Shown here one piece after another: positions 47,968 through 57,732 of a DNA stretch of 64,000 nt (its first letter is position 1; every line of letters begins with the position of its first letter). The stretch spans positions 3,243 through 67,242 of the forward strand of contig CAXTFI010000002.1 of the NCBI GenBank assembly GCA_964243255.1. The letters are read 5' to 3'. The stretch is from an uncultured Hymenobacter sp. (lineage in GTDB: Bacteria; Bacteroidota; Bacteroidia; Cytophagales; Hymenobacteraceae). Under the pieces are notes generated by a model, which was not told the origin of the DNA, searched no databases, and was given only the letters and a program-made list of their open reading frames with translations. Position numbers and translations under genes: made by a program.

Positions 47968-50355
47968 TCAGTCAACAACGTCGAGCAGCACGCCTAAGCG
48001 CTGGGTCATCGCAATGGGCAGGGCCAGACTAGGATGATTGAGCGATTCACGCAGACGGACCGTCGCCTCGTGCAGCCAAGGCAGGGCGCGGTGCAGCCAC
48101 TGGTTCAGTTGGGGCTGGGTTAAACCGAAAGTGACGGCGTGGGCGGCTTGCCCTGGGTTATGCTTCAGGTAGCTCAACAGGCACACCAACAGGTCCTGCG
48201 TCGAAGCAAAGGCGCTGTCATGGAGTAGTTCACGGAGAGCACGCTTACGCCGCTGCCCCTGCAAGGTGTAGTGCCGACGGTGATAATCGACCACAGAGTC
48301 AAACGTGGTGTGCAGCGCTGTGAAGGCTGCTTCATCACAGTCGGTCGTGGCTAGCAGGCTGCCTGGTTGAGCGGATAGAGCGGTATAGGTAGTCTTCGCC
48401 TTGCGCACTGAACGCTTAATCGGTATAAAGCCAGGTGCCAGGCAAAGTAGCGGGTACCTCACCTCCCAGGAGGAATGAGGAGGCTGCCAAGTAGTGTCCT
48501 CGGGCGCCACGTTTGGCAACTGCACGAGTTGAATGACTTGGTCAGCGAACGAAGTGGTGGTCAGGCCTGCCTGTGCTACTATGGATACGCCAGCACTTAG
48601 TACGGCGTGCGTGGCGCGGCGAGCAGGGTCGGTGAATAGCTTACCCCATATCCGTGTAGTCGAGGCAGTTTTGCTATTCCATGCGGGTACATGTGGGCGG
48701 AGAAGCAAGGATTCGTCGGTGATAAATTGCCCTTGCAACGTCGCATAATCCTTGCCATGTACTCTTTGCTGTAGCGTTTCAAACTCAGAGATTAAATCGT
48801 TCTCTTCATCTGCAAGCTGCTCATTCAGAGTTGCTCCTGACAACTCTGTTACTTTCACGGTTGGCCTTACTCCTGTAAAAGAGTCGAAAAACAACTCCAT
48901 TTCGGAGCGCACTACTTCCGCGTGCTCGCGCTGAGTCAGGATGGCGTCATGAACGGTCAGAAGGCCGACGTGAGGATGTTTGTCGGCGATAATTTTGGTG
49001 AGTTGCTCCAGCATCAGCACGGCCTCTAAGCGCTGGAGGAGGATGGCTAGCGCGTTAGATTTTACCTTCTTGATGGCGTCCAGCACCACCGTCTCTTGGG
49101 GAAAGAGCGCCCGAAAAGTCTGATACGCCTTGACGGACTTGCTGCGAGCCTGGTTGAAATCTTCAAACAGCAGGTACATCATGGTCTTCTTCGCTTGTCT
49201 GCGGGTCTTGAACCCGTCAGCGCTGAGTTTAGGGTGTGCCCGTACGAGCTGCACTAGGTTCTCGTAGAAGTCCCCTGCTTGAAACAGTAAGCGGTACGGG
49301 GCCTGACTTCCCTGCGAAGCCAACTGCTCCAAAGTGCTCAACATAATGGTGTTTATGTGGCGACGTCGTCCTGCTAGCTCACTGTGCAGCCAGGGGTAGA
49401 CGCGCTCTATGGTTACTGCATCAGCACCCTGTGTGTTGGACTTACTGTACTTCTGGTATGCAGCCAACTGAACACTCTGCTGGGCTGGTGAAAAGACCAC
49501 TTTAGTTGGCTGTGTCGCTGATGATGACCAAAAGCTCTTCGAGAGAATGAGCAGTAGCAAGTAGGGCTGAGCAGCCCCCATGTCAACCTCATTTAATTCC
49601 CCGCCCTGGTACCTTAAAAAACTCCTGAGTTGCTTTCTCAGCCCCACTACCGGCGTGTGCAGGCGCAGGTTAGTAGACGACCTCGACGTCCCGTCAAGCA
49701 ACCCTGCGCGCTCCATTTTGAGCAACTGACGCTTGGTGTTGAGGGTGCTCAGATTCAAATTCGTAAGCATTTTCTCCAGCTTTCCTCGCTTCTTCGCGCT
49801 GGTGGATTCCGCCAATTCCTTCTGACACCGAAGAGTCATTCTGGTAGACATAGTTTCCAGGTAGTAGTGTGCGGCCTCCATGTCGATGGTGAGCCGGCCA
49901 GCCTCCAAGTGGTTGAGTAAGTGAGCAATGCTTTCGTCGGCCTGTAGTTTGGCCGCCATTTTGTCGTCATATTCTTGGAGATGTCCGGCGAATTTTGCGC
50001 TCGGCTCAACGTCCTTAAGCGGCTGAAAGCAGTAAGGCACACTTATGGTGTAGCAGCGCGACCGGCGACCGGCTAGGTATTGAGCCACTAAGGTGACGAC
50101 CCCAGCAGCTCGGAGCCTTTTGAGCGCTGCAGCTGCATTGCGGCCGACTATTGTAGCAAGCACCTTCAGGTTGAGCGGTACTCCCCCATATTCTTCCACC
50201 TTTTTCCGACCTTCGTTAGAGGTCAGTCTGTCAATCAGGTGATGCACGATGTAGAGGCAAGCATCGCGCAGCTTGGCCCGGTGGTCGCTACGTTTAACAT
50301 TTTCGACAAGGGCCTCGACGTCAAACTCAGCGGGTACTTGTAGCAAATTCTTCAT
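47968..50355 (-). CDS. Family-A-polymerase-superfamily (TV-Pol-like) protein with C-terminal transposase-type HTH
   Basis: RLHT, motif A-like VDMGAAQP, DFY..RRQAKKTMMYLLF (B), LQRLEA and TVHDAI (C). C-terminal LLVCLLSYLKHNPGQ..FGLTQPQLNQWLH resembles HTH_Tnp_4. Confidence 0.7.
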   Translation of the reverse strand: MKNLLQVPAEFDVEALVENVKRSDHRAKLRDACLYIVHHLIDRLTSNEGRKKVEEYGGVPLNLKVLATIVGRNAAAALKRLRAAGVVTLVAQYLAGRRSRCYTISVPYCFQPLKDVEPSAKFAGHLQEYDDKMAAKLQADESIAHLLNHLEAGRLTIDMEAAHYYLETMSTRMTLRCQKELAESTSAKKRGKLEKMLTNLNLSTLNTKRQLLKMERAGLLDGTSRSSTNLRLHTPVVGLRKQLRSFLRYQGGELNEVDMGAAQPYLLLLILSKSFWSSSATQPTKVVFSPAQQSVQLAAYQKYSKSNTQGADAVTIERVYPWLHSELAGRRRHINTIMLSTLEQLASQGSQAPYRLLFQAGDFYENLVQLVRAHPKLSADGFKTRRQAKKTMMYLLFEDFNQARSKSVKAYQTFRALFPQETVVLDAIKKVKSNALAILLQRLEAVLMLEQLTKIIADKHPHVGLLTVHDAILTQREHAEVVRSEMELFFDSFTGVRPTVKVTELSGATLNEQLADEENDLISEFETLQQRVHGKDYATLQGQFITDESLLLRPHVPAWNSKTASTTRIWGKLFTDPARRATHAVLSAGVSIVAQAGLTTTSFADQVIQLVQLPNVAPEDTTWQPPHSSWEVRYPLLCLAPGFIPIKRSVRKAKTTYTALSAQPGSLLATTDCDEAAFTALHTTFDSVVDYHRRHYTLQGQRRKRALRELLHDSAFASTQDLLVCLLSYLKHNPGQAAHAVTFGLTQPQLNQWLHRALPWLHEATVRLRESLNHPSLALPIAMTQRLGVLLDVVD

Positions 50356-50937
50356 CTTCGACCTAAGTCATCGCCGGCTAGCGTGGGCATCTTCCCCGCA
50401 ACTTGGAAGACGAATTTACTGCGCATTCAGCAACGGCTAACGATGGTCCAGTAGACGAACCATAGGGTGCTACTCAGGTACTTCTTAATAGTAGGCTCCC
50501 ACAGAATTAGTAAAACGCTTATGACCAGCCTGAAAAGCAAAACGGTCGTCCTGGCGGGCGACCGTTCAAATTCATCGGGGAAGGATAAGGTAGCATGGGC
50601 CTTAAACCCGGCATCTTCCACAGCGCCTTCACTTGGTTGGCGTTGAGGTCGGTCCTCACCGTTAGAATTTTGTCGGGGTTAGGGATTCAAGCAATCGGTC
50701 GATAAGCTGTGACCTCAGCACTTTTTTTCGATTCAACTTTGGGACGAATCCGAAATTATTCGCGAGTTATTGCAACACTACGACGAACTGCTGGGGACAT
50801 TCGTGCCCTTGTTCCTCTCAAACGAATCTGGATACTGGCTCCGCCCGAGGATGAGTAGGCGCTGCGAAGCAAATGGTAGCTTTAGTAGCTGTAGCCGCTC
50901 GCACCGTAGGCGGACGCAGACGAGGCGGGCGAGGTAA

Positions 50938-51963
50938 TCACGCAACCACACCTTTGTGCCGAAGGCGTGTTTCTATAATTTTCCGCATCCGTTTGTAGCT
51001 GGCATCGTGTAGGGGAGCGGTGTCCCATTGTATGACGAAGTGGTCGAGCAGGTGGTCCGCAAATTTGATGGGTAGGCGCACGGTCTTTCGTAGCCGTTGC
51101 TTATTGAGCAAGTCGTAACAGTACGACCGCTCCATCGCTGCACCGTCATAAGCGTCATTAAGTAATACAATCACCTTGTGCGCATTAAAAATCTCCACGT
51201 AGCAATACAGCAGCCCTAGCACAGGGTCAGCCTTCAGGTAGAGTAGATTAGAAACCTCATCTTGTCCCAAGGGGTGTACCTCCTGACTGGTCGGGTAGTA
51301 AAACTTGGCCGCATTCTGACGTGGATTTTCTTCCTGCAAAATGGCCAACGGTCGCTGAACGAAGCGCAGGTGCCCGCCCTGACTTAGGTAGTAGTTTACA
51401 GCGATTTTGATGATGCCTTTGTAAAAGTCTAGTCCACCGGTGCGACTGTGTTGGGGAGTCCAGTTAGAGAAAAATACTAATTCCTCAACTGGTGCTTGGT
51501 AATGTTGAGCATCGGCAAGCATCTTTTCTGGGTCCAAGCCAGGGTACTGACCTTTCTTCTGCTCTAGGTAACGCCGCGCTTTGGACCTGACTTCAGCCTC
51601 AGTTCTAGTGAAGTGGTAAGGCGGCTCATTTTTCCATTCGATGGTAAGTGTAGTCTCAGGTTCGAGATTACCCCGGAACGCAACCTCCCCGCCGCTTGCT
51701 AGCTTACCCGTCATCTTAATTGCGGGGCTTGGGTTCGGCTGGGCCATTGCCAGTAGCGGTATGATGTAGCCTACTTGGTCGGCCAGCGCTCGGTCGAGAG
51801 CAGAAGCCGGACCATTGTTGCACGCTTGGCAAAGCAAGTCAGCGTTGGTGGTACGTCCGCCAAGAGCAGCGGGAATAATATGCTCGTACGACTTATTAGC
51901 GGTGGTCAGTGCGGTCCCGCACCAGTAACAGTTCGTAGTTGCTTGTGCTTCTGAGTTTAGCAT
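50938..51963 (-). CDS. HNH endonuclease domain protein
   Basis: CYWC...EHIIPAALGG...LCQACNN; long C-terminal region of unknown function. Confidence 0.85.
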   Translation of the reverse strand: MLNSEAQATTNCYWCGTALTTANKSYEHIIPAALGGRTTNADLLCQACNNGPASALDRALADQVGYIIPLLAMAQPNPSPAIKMTGKLASGGEVAFRGNLEPETTLTIEWKNEPPYHFTRTEAEVRSKARRYLEQKKGQYPGLDPEKMLADAQHYQAPVEELVFFSNWTPQHSRTGGLDFYKGIIKIAVNYYLSQGGHLRFVQRPLAILQEENPRQNAAKFYYPTSQEVHPLGQDEVSNLLYLKADPVLGLLYCYVEIFNAHKVIVLLNDAYDGAAMERSYCYDLLNKQRLRKTVRLPIKFADHLLDHFVIQWDTAPLHDASYKRMRKIIETRLRHKGVVA

Positions 51964-52294
51964 TGGAGGTGAGAATCCAGAAATAATGAATAGTAAAAAA
52001 CGTAGGAGCTTACCTAATGGTCACACAGACAATAACACTACGCGCCCCTGCTGCTCCCTGCTGAGTTTCGTACTGCACGTAGTATTCCAAGTAGTGCCAG
52101 GCGCGAATACGTCCGCGTTGGGCGTGCAGGTATTGACGGCCAAGTGCTTGCAGGAAGCAGTCTCGCTGCCGACGCGGTGGAAGATGTGAGCGACTTCGAG
52201 CAAGTCTTTGGCAAAAGCCAATTGGCGTCCTGATGGGGTCGAAATCAGGTTAATCTGGGGAGGACATGCGGGTAATGACCAGACAGTATACCGG

Positions 52295-53065
52295 TTAGGC
52301 AACCATGCCCAACAGCAGAAACAGGAGAAAGCCAACGAAAAAGGCAAGGGTGAGCAGCGGCGTCTCGGTTTCCTCATGGGCCTCCGTCAGCAGCTCCTCA
52401 GTGACAAGGAAGAGCAGGGCCGCTAGGCCAAACGAGAGCACGATTTCGAGCAGGTTGCCGGTGGCCCCGCGCAGCACAGTATTACCGATACCCGCCCCGA
52501 GCAGCAGCATGAGCGAGGTGCCCGCCACGATGGCTACGGCGCGGCCTTTGCTGTTGCCCGCTTGGCGCAGCTCGACGGCGGTAGCTAGGCCCAGCGACAG
52601 CAGCTCGATGGTGAGGGCCACGGCCAGTAGGGTGCCTTCCTTGGCCCCGGCGGCAAAGCCAATGCCGAGCAGCAACCCATCGATGAGAATATCAATGCCA
52701 ATGGCCACCAGCAGGCCCCACGGCAGCGGGGCGGCGACGGGGATAGACGAAGCAGGCGATTCAGGAGCAGCATCTTCCTGCTTTTCCAGGCGTTGGGTGA
52801 GGGTGCGCAGCCCCAGCATGGCGGCCACGCCCAGGCCGAAGCCCAAGGCCACCTCGTAGGGAGCATGGTGCTGCACGATGTCGGGCAGCAGCTCAACGGC
52901 CACCACCGAGAAAATAACGCCGGCCGCAAAGTGCAGAATGGCACTGCGCAGCTTTGGGCCGGGGGGACGCCACACGGCCAGGGCCGCGCCGGCAATCATC
53001 ACCACGGCGGGCAGCAGCGAGAAGCCCAGCAGAGCAGTCCAGGGCGGAGTAGTGGCGGATATCAT
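52295..53065 (-). CDS. ZIP family metal transporter
   Basis: HFAAGV, ELLP, IDILIDG, IELLSLG and EELLTEAHE; multiple TM helices. Confidence 0.88.
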   Translation of the reverse strand: MISATTPPWTALLGFSLLPAVVMIAGAALAVWRPPGPKLRSAILHFAAGVIFSVVAVELLPDIVQHHAPYEVALGFGLGVAAMLGLRTLTQRLEKQEDAAPESPASSIPVAAPLPWGLLVAIGIDILIDGLLLGIGFAAGAKEGTLLAVALTIELLSLGLATAVELRQAGNSKGRAVAIVAGTSLMLLLGAGIGNTVLRGATGNLLEIVLSFGLAALLFLVTEELLTEAHEETETPLLTLAFFVGFLLFLLLGMVA

Positions 53066-53907
53066 TCGGCGCGGTCGGCTAAGAAGTCTAGTAAAGCCGC
53101 CTGACTTTCACCCAGCACCTGCCGTATCGGTTGGTTTACGCCGAGCAAGGCCATTAGCATTCCACTTATTTCCGTCACGTAAACCAGCGCTAGGAACCAG
53201 TTTCGGCACTCGTAAGCCGGGGGCAACTCGATAAAGTTTCGGTTGCCGGGCGCGTAGTGGTGCTGCTGTGATAAATGGCGCTGCAACAAGTACATATGAG
53301 CTAGGTGTGCGGTTTCCGGGTGAGCTTTGAGATGGTTAAACATCTCTTTTTCCGTTAACGGCTTGGTGTGGCCGCTGGGCGCGTGAAACAACTCTTTGTG
53401 GTGGGCGTCGCGCAGCATTTCCGGTTTTTTAAGCTGGCTGCCCCCCGGCACTTGTAGTAAATGCTCCGCCTTACGAGCCAATTCCGCCAGGCGAACCTGC
53501 ATTTCCTGTTCCACCGCGGCCGGGTCAGCATCCGGCATTTCCAAGGCGGTATTCTCGAAGATGGTCTTGACGTACTTGTAGTACTCCAAGTCCAATGCCA
53601 TCAACTCGTGTTGAAAGGCCTCTTCGTGCGTATGGAAGGTAGCCAGATACAAGCCGGTCAGCGCATCCGTCAGCGTGGTACGGAAAGCCAGGGAAATCGG
53701 TAGCTTTAGCTCTACCTGGTCGGGCCAGTGGTATAAATGAAGGATGATGCCCGACATATTGCACCAGATGCGACGAAGCAAATCCAAGTAGGTACGCTGA
53801 ACTAAGCTGCCGTTGGTGAAGGGCTCACCTGCCGCTTGGATGCTGCCAGCTAATGTCGTACAGTACTGCCGCAAAATGTCACTATCCTTTTTATCGCCTC
53901 GAATCAT
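53062..53907 (-). CDS. Hypothetical protein, possibly DUF5677/HEPN-like
   Basis: 281 aa from MIRGDKK; all-helical; late Y..QRHLSQQHHY; stop overlaps the ZIP start (ATGA). Confidence 0.55.
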   Translation of the reverse strand: MIRGDKKDSDILRQYCTTLAGSIQAAGEPFTNGSLVQRTYLDLLRRIWCNMSGIILHLYHWPDQVELKLPISLAFRTTLTDALTGLYLATFHTHEEAFQHELMALDLEYYKYVKTIFENTALEMPDADPAAVEQEMQVRLAELARKAEHLLQVPGGSQLKKPEMLRDAHHKELFHAPSGHTKPLTEKEMFNHLKAHPETAHLAHMYLLQRHLSQQHHYAPGNRNFIELPPAYECRNWFLALVYVTEISGMLMALLGVNQPIRQVLGESQAALLDFLADRAE

Positions 53908-53951
53908 GGGAATGGGTTTGGGAAGGGGGAATGAAGAATAGACCCGCATGG

Positions 53952-56078
53952 TTAAAACTTCATCCGCTGAATGCGCACGGCGTTCAGAATAGCCAGCAGC
54001 GCTACCCCCACGTCTGCAAACACGGCTTCCCACATCGTGGCCAAGCCGCCCGCGCCCAGGGCCAGCACCACGGCCTTCATGGCGAAGGCCAGCCAGATAT
54101 TTTGCCACACGATGGCATGGGTGGCGCGGGCGATGCGGCGGGCGGTGGCGATTTTGCTGGGGTGGTCGGTCTGAATTACCACGTCGGCGGTTTCAATGGT
54201 GGCGTCGGAGCCCAGGCCACCCATTGCGATGCCCACGTCGGCCAAGGCCACCACGGGCGCGTCGTTCACGCCGTCGCCCACGAAGGCCAGCTTGCGGCCG
54301 GCCGTGAGGTATTCCTGCACGTAGCGGGCCTTATCTTCGGGCAGCAGCCCGCCGTGGGCCTCGGTGATGCCTAATTCTTGGGCCACGCGCTGCACGATGC
54401 TGTCCTTGTCACCCGAGAGCATGACGAGCTTGGTGATACCGTCGGCCTTCAACTCGCGCACGGCCTGGGCGGCGTCTTCCTTGGGGGCGTCGGCTACGGT
54501 CAGGTAGCCGGCGTACTGGCCATCGACGGCGGCCACCACAATGCTGTCAGCCACCTGGTCGACTTCGGGGGGGTAGGCGACGCTGAATTTCTGCAGCAGC
54601 TTGGTGTTGCCGGCCAGCACGTCGCGGCCTTCCACCTTGCCGCGCAGGCCGTGGCCGGGTATTTCCTCCACGTTCTCGACCGCCGCACCCGCGCTGGCCA
54701 CCCCGACGTGCGCCACCACAGCTTTGGCAATGGGGTGGGTCGATTTGGCTTCCAGCGCGCCCACGAGGCGCAGCTGCTGCGTGGCGTCGGTGCCGGGAGT
54801 GGGCTGCACCTGCTGCACCGCGAACACGCCCTTGATCAGGGTGCCGGTTTTGTCCATCACAACGGTGTCAATCTCGCGCAGCACGTCCAGAAAGTTGGAG
54901 CCCTTGAAGAGGATGCCCGCCTTGGATGCCGCGCCGATGCCGCCGAAGTAGCCCAGCGGAATGCTGATAACCAGCGCGCAGGGGCAGGAAATCACCAGAA
55001 ACACTAGCGCCCGGTAGAGCCAGTCGCGGAACACGTAGTCGTGCACCACGAAGGAGGGCACCAGCACCAGCAGCGCGGCCAGCCCCACCACGATGGGCGT
55101 GTACACCTTGGCGAATTTGGTAATGAACTGCTGGGTCTTGGCCTTGCGGCCCACCGCGTCCTGCACCATCGCCAGAATCTTGCTGAGCTTGGTATCCTGA
55201 AAAGCGGCCGTCACGGTGACTTGCGCCAGCGTGTCGAGGTTAATCATGCCCGCCAGCACGGCCTCGCCGGGCTGCTTGGTTTGGGGGGCCGACTCGCCGG
55301 TGAGTGCGGCCGTGTTGAAGCTGGCCGGGCGGGCATTCAAAGTGCCGTCGAGGGCCACTTTCTCGCCGGGCTTTACTTCCATCACGTCGCCCACCTGCAC
55401 GGCTTTGGGGTCGATGACCAGGGGCTGGCCGGCGCGCACCACCGTGACTTCGGTCGCCTGGATTTCGAGCAGGGCCCGGATGCTGCGCTTGGCCCGGTTC
55501 ACGGCCGCGTCCTGAAACAGCTCGCCCACGGTGTAAAACAGCATCACGGCCACGCCTTCGGGGTACTCGCCGATGGCGAAGGCCCCAATCGTGGCGATGC
55601 TCATCAGCAGGAACTCGTTGAAGATATTGCCGCTAGGGATGCTGAGTACGGCCGCTTTCACCACGTTCCACCCCACCAGCCCGAAGGCCAGCCCGTACCA
55701 GGCCAGGCGCACGTAGCCGGTAAAGAAACCCGCTTTATAGTAGTCCAGGGCCAAGCCGACCAGCAGCAGCGCCAGGCTGAGGCCGGGCAGCAGGTAGGGA
55801 TTGGCGCCGGCCGGGCTGTGGTCATGCTCATCGTCCTCGTCAGCGAGGCTCAGCTCGTCGAGGTCGTGCGCGTGGCCGGCGTGGTCATGGCCTTCGTGGT
55901 CGTGGTGATGGCCGGCTTCGGCGGGCGCGTGGTCATGGCCGGGCACGTCGTGCCCCTGGGCTTCGGTGGCCGCCGTGGGCGTGAGTTGCTCGCGGCTGAG
56001 GGCACCCACGTTTTCGAGCTGCACCTGCTTGGCGGTGTTCAACTCTTCGTTGGTATTGGGAGAAGTAGGGTCGAGCAT
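53952..56078 (-). CDS. cadA: Zn/Cd-translocating P1B-type ATPase
   Basis: His-rich N-terminus, TGES, SCPCAL, DKTGT, HP and GDGVNDAP. Confidence 0.93.
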   Translation of the reverse strand: MLDPTSPNTNEELNTAKQVQLENVGALSREQLTPTAATEAQGHDVPGHDHAPAEAGHHHDHEGHDHAGHAHDLDELSLADEDDEHDHSPAGANPYLLPGLSLALLLVGLALDYYKAGFFTGYVRLAWYGLAFGLVGWNVVKAAVLSIPSGNIFNEFLLMSIATIGAFAIGEYPEGVAVMLFYTVGELFQDAAVNRAKRSIRALLEIQATEVTVVRAGQPLVIDPKAVQVGDVMEVKPGEKVALDGTLNARPASFNTAALTGESAPQTKQPGEAVLAGMINLDTLAQVTVTAAFQDTKLSKILAMVQDAVGRKAKTQQFITKFAKVYTPIVVGLAALLVLVPSFVVHDYVFRDWLYRALVFLVISCPCALVISIPLGYFGGIGAASKAGILFKGSNFLDVLREIDTVVMDKTGTLIKGVFAVQQVQPTPGTDATQQLRLVGALEAKSTHPIAKAVVAHVGVASAGAAVENVEEIPGHGLRGKVEGRDVLAGNTKLLQKFSVAYPPEVDQVADSIVVAAVDGQYAGYLTVADAPKEDAAQAVRELKADGITKLVMLSGDKDSIVQRVAQELGITEAHGGLLPEDKARYVQEYLTAGRKLAFVGDGVNDAPVVALADVGIAMGGLGSDATIETADVVIQTDHPSKIATARRIARATHAIVWQNIWLAFAMKAVVLALGAGGLATMWEAVFADVGVALLAILNAVRIQRMKF

Positions 56079-56133
56079 ATTATTTAGTTGATAATGCAGT
56101 AATAATCACTCATCCACAGATTGTTAGACCCCA

Positions 56134-56466
56134 TCAGGAACGGGGCCAAAACAGGACGATGCCGATGCCCACGAAGCAAATAACCCCGCCGATGACATCG
56201 AAGCGGTCGGGTCGGAAACCGTCGAAGTACCAGGCCCAGGCAATGGACATGACGATGAAAACGCCGCCGTACACGGCGTAGGTTTTGCCAAAGGAAGTCG
56301 GCTGCCAGGTAGCCACCCAGCCGTAGAGCATCAGCAGGACGGCCCCGGCCGCTCCCATCCAGGCGGGCTGGTCAGCCTTGAGCCACCGCCACATGAGGTA
56401 GCCACCCCCGATTTCGCAGAGCCCGGCCAGGAAGAAGACGAGCAAGGGTCTAAGTACAGTCAGCAT
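56134..56466 (-). CDS. ynfA: YnfA family (UPF0060) small membrane protein
   Basis: LAGLCEIGGGYLMW, FGKTYAVYGGVFI and PDRFD. Confidence 0.9.
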   Translation of the reverse strand: MLTVLRPLLVFFLAGLCEIGGGYLMWRWLKADQPAWMGAAGAVLLMLYGWVATWQPTSFGKTYAVYGGVFIVMSIAWAWYFDGFRPDRFDVIGGVICFVGIGIVLFWPRS

Positions 56467-56508
56467 GGGGCGGTTGGCAAGAATGAAATGGGCTAGAAGG
56501 GGAAGATG

Positions 56509-57705
56509 TTACTCTTCCTCAGCGGCGTTTTTGAGCTTGCCCAGCAGCGAATACGCGCCTTCGGTGACGAAGCGCAGGGGCCGCCCCTGCTCGGCGGCGG
56601 GCAAGTGCACTTCGGCGTAGCCGTCTTCATTTACGCCCCGCGTCACGGGTACCATGCGATAAATGGCGGTACCGGCTTTCGCGCCGGGCGCGTCGGCGGC
56701 CACGAACACGTAGGTCTGGGCCCCGAACTGCACCACGGCTTTTTCGGGTAGGGTAGGTACAGTGGCCCGGTTGGTTTCGATGACGGCCCGCACGAAGGTG
56801 CCGGGCAGCAGCTGCTCGTCTTCGCGGTCGAGGTGGGCGTGCACGCGCACGGTGCGCTCGGCGCTGATGGTCTTGCTGATGAGGTAGACGTGCGCCGTGC
56901 GCTCGCGGCTCACCGAGTCGTTGCCCAGCGAGAAGCGGATGAGCTGACCGGGCTTCACCTGCGGAATGTCCTGCTCGAACACCGTCAGTTCGACGTGCAA
57001 GTGGTGGGGGTCCACGATTTCAAACAGCACGTCGGTGGGCGTAATGCTCTGGCCCACGCTCACGTTCACGGCCTTCACAAAGCCGCCCTTGGGGGCCCGT
57101 AGCGTGGCCGTAGCCACGATGCGCCCGCCCACCGGCAGGCCGGCCAGGCGCAGGCGGGCGGCCTGGGCGTCGGTTTTCACCTGCAAGGCGCGGTACTCGG
57201 CCTGGGCGCGCTGGCAGTTTTTCTGGGGGGCTACTTCCTGGCGGTACAGCTCGGCCTGGCGCTCGTAGTCGGCTTTGGCATAAGCCAGCTGGCTGCGGGT
57301 TTCGAGGTAGTCCTGTTGCAGCTGCACGAAGTCGGGGTTACGGATGACGGCCAGCTCCTGCCCGGCCCGCACCCGCGAGCCTTGCAGCAGGTCGGTGCGG
57401 TCCACGAAGCCCCCCAGCGGGGCACTCACGGACACCAGGTTTTCGGGCGGCACGTCGAGCGTACCGTTCACTTTCAGCCCCCCGCTCATGGGGCGCTGGG
57501 TGAGGGAGCCAAGGCGCACGCCGCCCAGCTGCTGCTCGGCGGCGGTGAGCGTCACGCGGTCGGGGGCCGCTTCTTCAGCGGGTTCGGTTTTGTGGGCCGT
57601 GGCGACGACGGGCGCGTCGCCGGTCGCAGCCGTTTCGCCGGCTTCCTTTCTGCCGCAGCCGGCCAGCAGGAGTAAGAGCAGTAAGGAGGGGGGTAGGAAA
57701 CGCAT
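56509..57705 (-). CDS. czcB: RND periplasmic adaptor (CzcB-like)
   Basis: Lipoprotein LAGC; VSAPLGG, QLQQDYL and LELTVFE-like HVELTVFE. Confidence 0.9.
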   Translation of the reverse strand: MRFLPPSLLLLLLLAGCGRKEAGETAATGDAPVVATAHKTEPAEEAAPDRVTLTAAEQQLGGVRLGSLTQRPMSGGLKVNGTLDVPPENLVSVSAPLGGFVDRTDLLQGSRVRAGQELAVIRNPDFVQLQQDYLETRSQLAYAKADYERQAELYRQEVAPQKNCQRAQAEYRALQVKTDAQAARLRLAGLPVGGRIVATATLRAPKGGFVKAVNVSVGQSITPTDVLFEIVDPHHLHVELTVFEQDIPQVKPGQLIRFSLGNDSVSRERTAHVYLISKTISAERTVRVHAHLDREDEQLLPGTFVRAVIETNRATVPTLPEKAVVQFGAQTYVFVAADAPGAKAGTAIYRMVPVTRGVNEDGYAEVHLPAAEQGRPLRFVTEGAYSLLGKLKNAAEEE

Positions 57706-57732
57706 TTTTAAATAAGTCGAGGTGATGGGCGC

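Noticed and set aside
52021-52260. Possible ArsR/CadC regulator remnant (…SREQQGRVVLLSV)
   Set aside because: The resemblance is limited to a few residues, with no recoverable HTH.
55800-55960. His/Asp-rich repeats in the P-type ATPase
   Set aside because: Normal N-terminal metal-binding tail of Zn/Cd ATPases.
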